The translations under genes and the position numbers were made by a program. Shown piece by piece: positions 61,036 to 64,000 of a stretch of DNA of 64,000 nt. The stretch lies in NCBI RefSeq assembly GCF_947568905.1, contig NC_079167.1:30008001-30072000 (forward strand), given 5' to 3'. Below the pieces are notes generated by a model that saw only the letters and a program-made list of their open reading frames with translations, did no database searches and was not told where the DNA came from. This DNA is from Ostrea edulis. Lineage: Eukaryota. Position 1 is the first letter of the stretch, and each line of letters begins with the position of its first letter.

Positions 61036-64000
61036 GAATTGGTTGATGGAGGAATCAGAATTGGTAATCCAAAACAAACTGACTAGCGTGGGATTAGCGG
61101 TTATTTCTTGGGGATTGGATGATTCTGATGGACCAAGGAGATCCCTTCAGATCTGCAAATCTGTTGGTAGATATCAGTTTTAAACAATCAGTTTGCAAAC
61201 TGAGCGTGTCTGAAATACTTAAGAAATATTAGTTATACTCTTTCAACAGTGTGTTACATAGTGTGGCGTTTTCGATGAATTATTTTCCAAGACGTTTAAG
61301 GTACGTTTATGATAGAATGATTATTTGAATATATATTTTTTCTGTTTAGATCCATTCTTTGTCTTCCACAGAGAAGAAACTGAAATGAAGTTGGAAACTG
61401 ATGTCACAATGTGAATGTCTCTATGTATTCTACATCAATTAAAAATATTTCATAATGGTTATAAACAGCAAATATGTAAATTTCAAAGGCTTCAACCGTT
61501 TCATTGCAGTATAGTTTATAGTAAGCCATAGACATGTAATAGAACATTATCTTCCTTTGATCAAATAACTTTTGATGGCGTTCTGTCCTCTTACGAGTAC
61601 ACACAGTAATTGAAAATATACTTTAAGACCATCTACTATATACTTTATTAGAAGGTTGAATATTAAAATGGTACCTTGCACAGACAAGATTATCGCCATT
61701 TATCAGGAATTGTTTCTACTAATTATAAGCCAAGGACCAAAAAGACTCTAAAGCGTGTATATTACGTAACTACGTAAAAAGAGTAGCGAGTTGAACACGC
61801 ATAACCGTTCAATCAGGATCAGTTTTAAATCGAACCGACATTGTCTATGCTATAACAATTAACTATTTGACTTGAAGCAGCTAGTACATACTAATTATTA
61901 ATGGCAGTGAATCAGTTTATAAACACCATTTGACGAATTAAAAAACCCATCTAAGTCTTTAAAGTTCAGTCAGAACGAAAGATAAAATGCAATAGTTTCT
62001 CTCACAATATTGGGATAACATGCAAAGTGTAACGGAAAAACTAAATACATGCTTGGTTTATCAAATTTTGAGAAAGTTATACGAACGTTTCATAGATATC
62101 AAATTATTTTCATGCAGTTTTGCACAACGATGTTCCTATAAATTTGAAACTTTCTTTGAAATTTCTGAAAGGACAGAATCATATCCAAGCAAGAAATTGT
62201 GAAACTGCTAAAATGGATTTTAAGCTTGATTGTTTTCATCGTAAGCAGTGCATAGACTGCAGGAAAAGGCAAGTAAATTTTGTTTTATTTTATTTTCTGA
62301 ACATTTTACGAGAGGAACACACTCGCTGACAGGTGACATAGCGATATGAATATTATCTAGATTTCAAAATCACATTCCTTGCTCATTGGTAATGTAAGCG
62401 GTTCGAATCCTGGGGTAGTTAATTTTCTGTAGACTGGTATCGCTTTGGGACTGGCATTTTACACTAGAGCTGTCTTTGACTTGTATCAGCTTGGTGACAC
62501 AGAGGCCGTACTAAGGACTGGATTTAGTTGCCTTAAAGCTTAATGTAAACAATATTTTATCAAAACTGTGTTTATATAGAACTGCTAAGTAATTACTGAA
62601 TGATCATATATCAGATTAGAATAGTATGATCTTACATCAGTACGTGTCTATCAGTTCGTTTACAAAGATATATTAGACCTGTCCATATTGGGGCGATGCG
62701 CAGTATGTTACATTCTGCATATGATTGACAAACAATTAATAAAATTAACCAATCAATTAAAGGTAAATGAAGAGAAAATACTATGCATGATAAACGAATA
62801 ATACACAGCAAGTTGGGGAGAACTAAAGCTTTGAGATGACTTTAATTATGTTCCCCAATATAGTTTTGGATCATGGTTTATTCTGTTAGATTGTGTAAAG
62901 CTTAGATTGTTTATTTATATACATAGACCAGTTTTAATAATCATAGAGGGCGAAGCCCTCTCATGGCCCGAAGGGCCGTGAGAGCGGAGCTCTCCCTATA
63001 GGTAACACGTATATACATGTTTAAAAGGAAAATATAGGAAAATAATGAAAAATTAAACCATACCTATGGAACTTGAAAAGTTTGGTACCAATGGCGTCGA
63101 TTCGAATATTAGCGCGTGGAGATGTATTCCTCCATTTTGAATCTCGTCTACCCTAGTTCACGTCGTTCTGAGATGTTACACATAAAATCCGTAAAAGCAT
63201 GCAAATCTTATTTTCTTAATCATATATAATCACTCCACGATTAACGCCATGTTTTTTTGTTGTGGTTCAAACGCTTTGTTTGTAAATTTGCTAAATAACG
63301 ACGCTGAATTTGACGTCACAATGTACTGTTTACATCAATTGCGTTATATTTCCCGCGTTCAATATATAGGTGGATCAAATGTCCAAAAATTAGGATGCTT
63401 TGATACAGCTCTGCCCGCGTGCTAACTTCGGGTTGTTTTTGTCCTGTTTTGGATATAGATACTAATGTCAAAACTTTTTTGCTTCGCCCTCAAACACGGT
63501 CACGTCGTAAAACATATTAAAATATGTAAATAAATATGTTTAAAATATAGAAATATCTTAAAACTGGCTTAAAGAATTGAATTGTCAAATAATTGAATCC
63601 CTTTTAATGTAATCAAATCAACAAGCCAGTAGACGGAACAATAGTAACATCTCCGGTTAGTCCGACAAGTTTCGGGAAAGAAGCCTCGCGGTTGTTTCTC
63701 CGAAAGCACGAGAATGCGATTCTACACGAGATTGCTTGTCTTTTTCTAATTTTTTAAAGATTGGAAACCTTGTAAAATTGTTAAGTTGTACGTAAATTAG
63801 ATCAGCACTAAAATAATTCCCTTGCAACTTTAGAACATCATTTCAAACACTGAAAATATTGTGGATTTTCACATCATGTATTTTCCACCAATCATTATTG
63901 AGAGGAAATGCATAGTCTGGAGACAGAAAGGAATTTCACGGAAGACTGATATAGGTATATAGAAGAACCTACAATGTAAGAAGTTTAGTAGTGATGAAAT

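Overview
AT-rich, repeat-dense eukaryotic DNA with spliceosomal introns. It is most likely an oyster-like bivalve (inference from the Penelope-like, HINE/Cg170-like and Meta-core SINE repeats). Seven spliced genes can be assembled by hand, and the ORF track catches them only as fragments. (1) A selenoprotein N (SELENON)-like gene on the minus strand (about 2914-9505) has an in-frame UGA in DDQSC-U-GSGRTLR, a strong hairpin 6 nt after the UGA, a canonical SECIS at 1619-1675, and apparently no EF-hand. (2) Five paralogous 4-exon genes (A 9636-12704 +, B 20980-21845 +, C 25706-27382 -, D 28633-30185 +, E 40037-41679 -) encode small secreted proteins. Each has a signal peptide, a propeptide (basic cleavage motif in four of five), an EMI-like cysteine-rich core and a C-terminal helix ending in G or GK, which is an amidation signal. 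(3) A 142-aa secreted single-ShKT-domain gene (31211-34508 +) sits inside that cluster. The rest is Penelope-like RT fragments, a hammerhead-ribozyme retroposon (2 copies), SINEs, Helentron-associated HINEs, MITE-like hairpins and many minisatellites. All long ORFs in the track are artefacts of those minisatellites. Exon models are read from GT-AG signals, phase compatibility and paralog or homolog similarity; no database searches or expression data were available.
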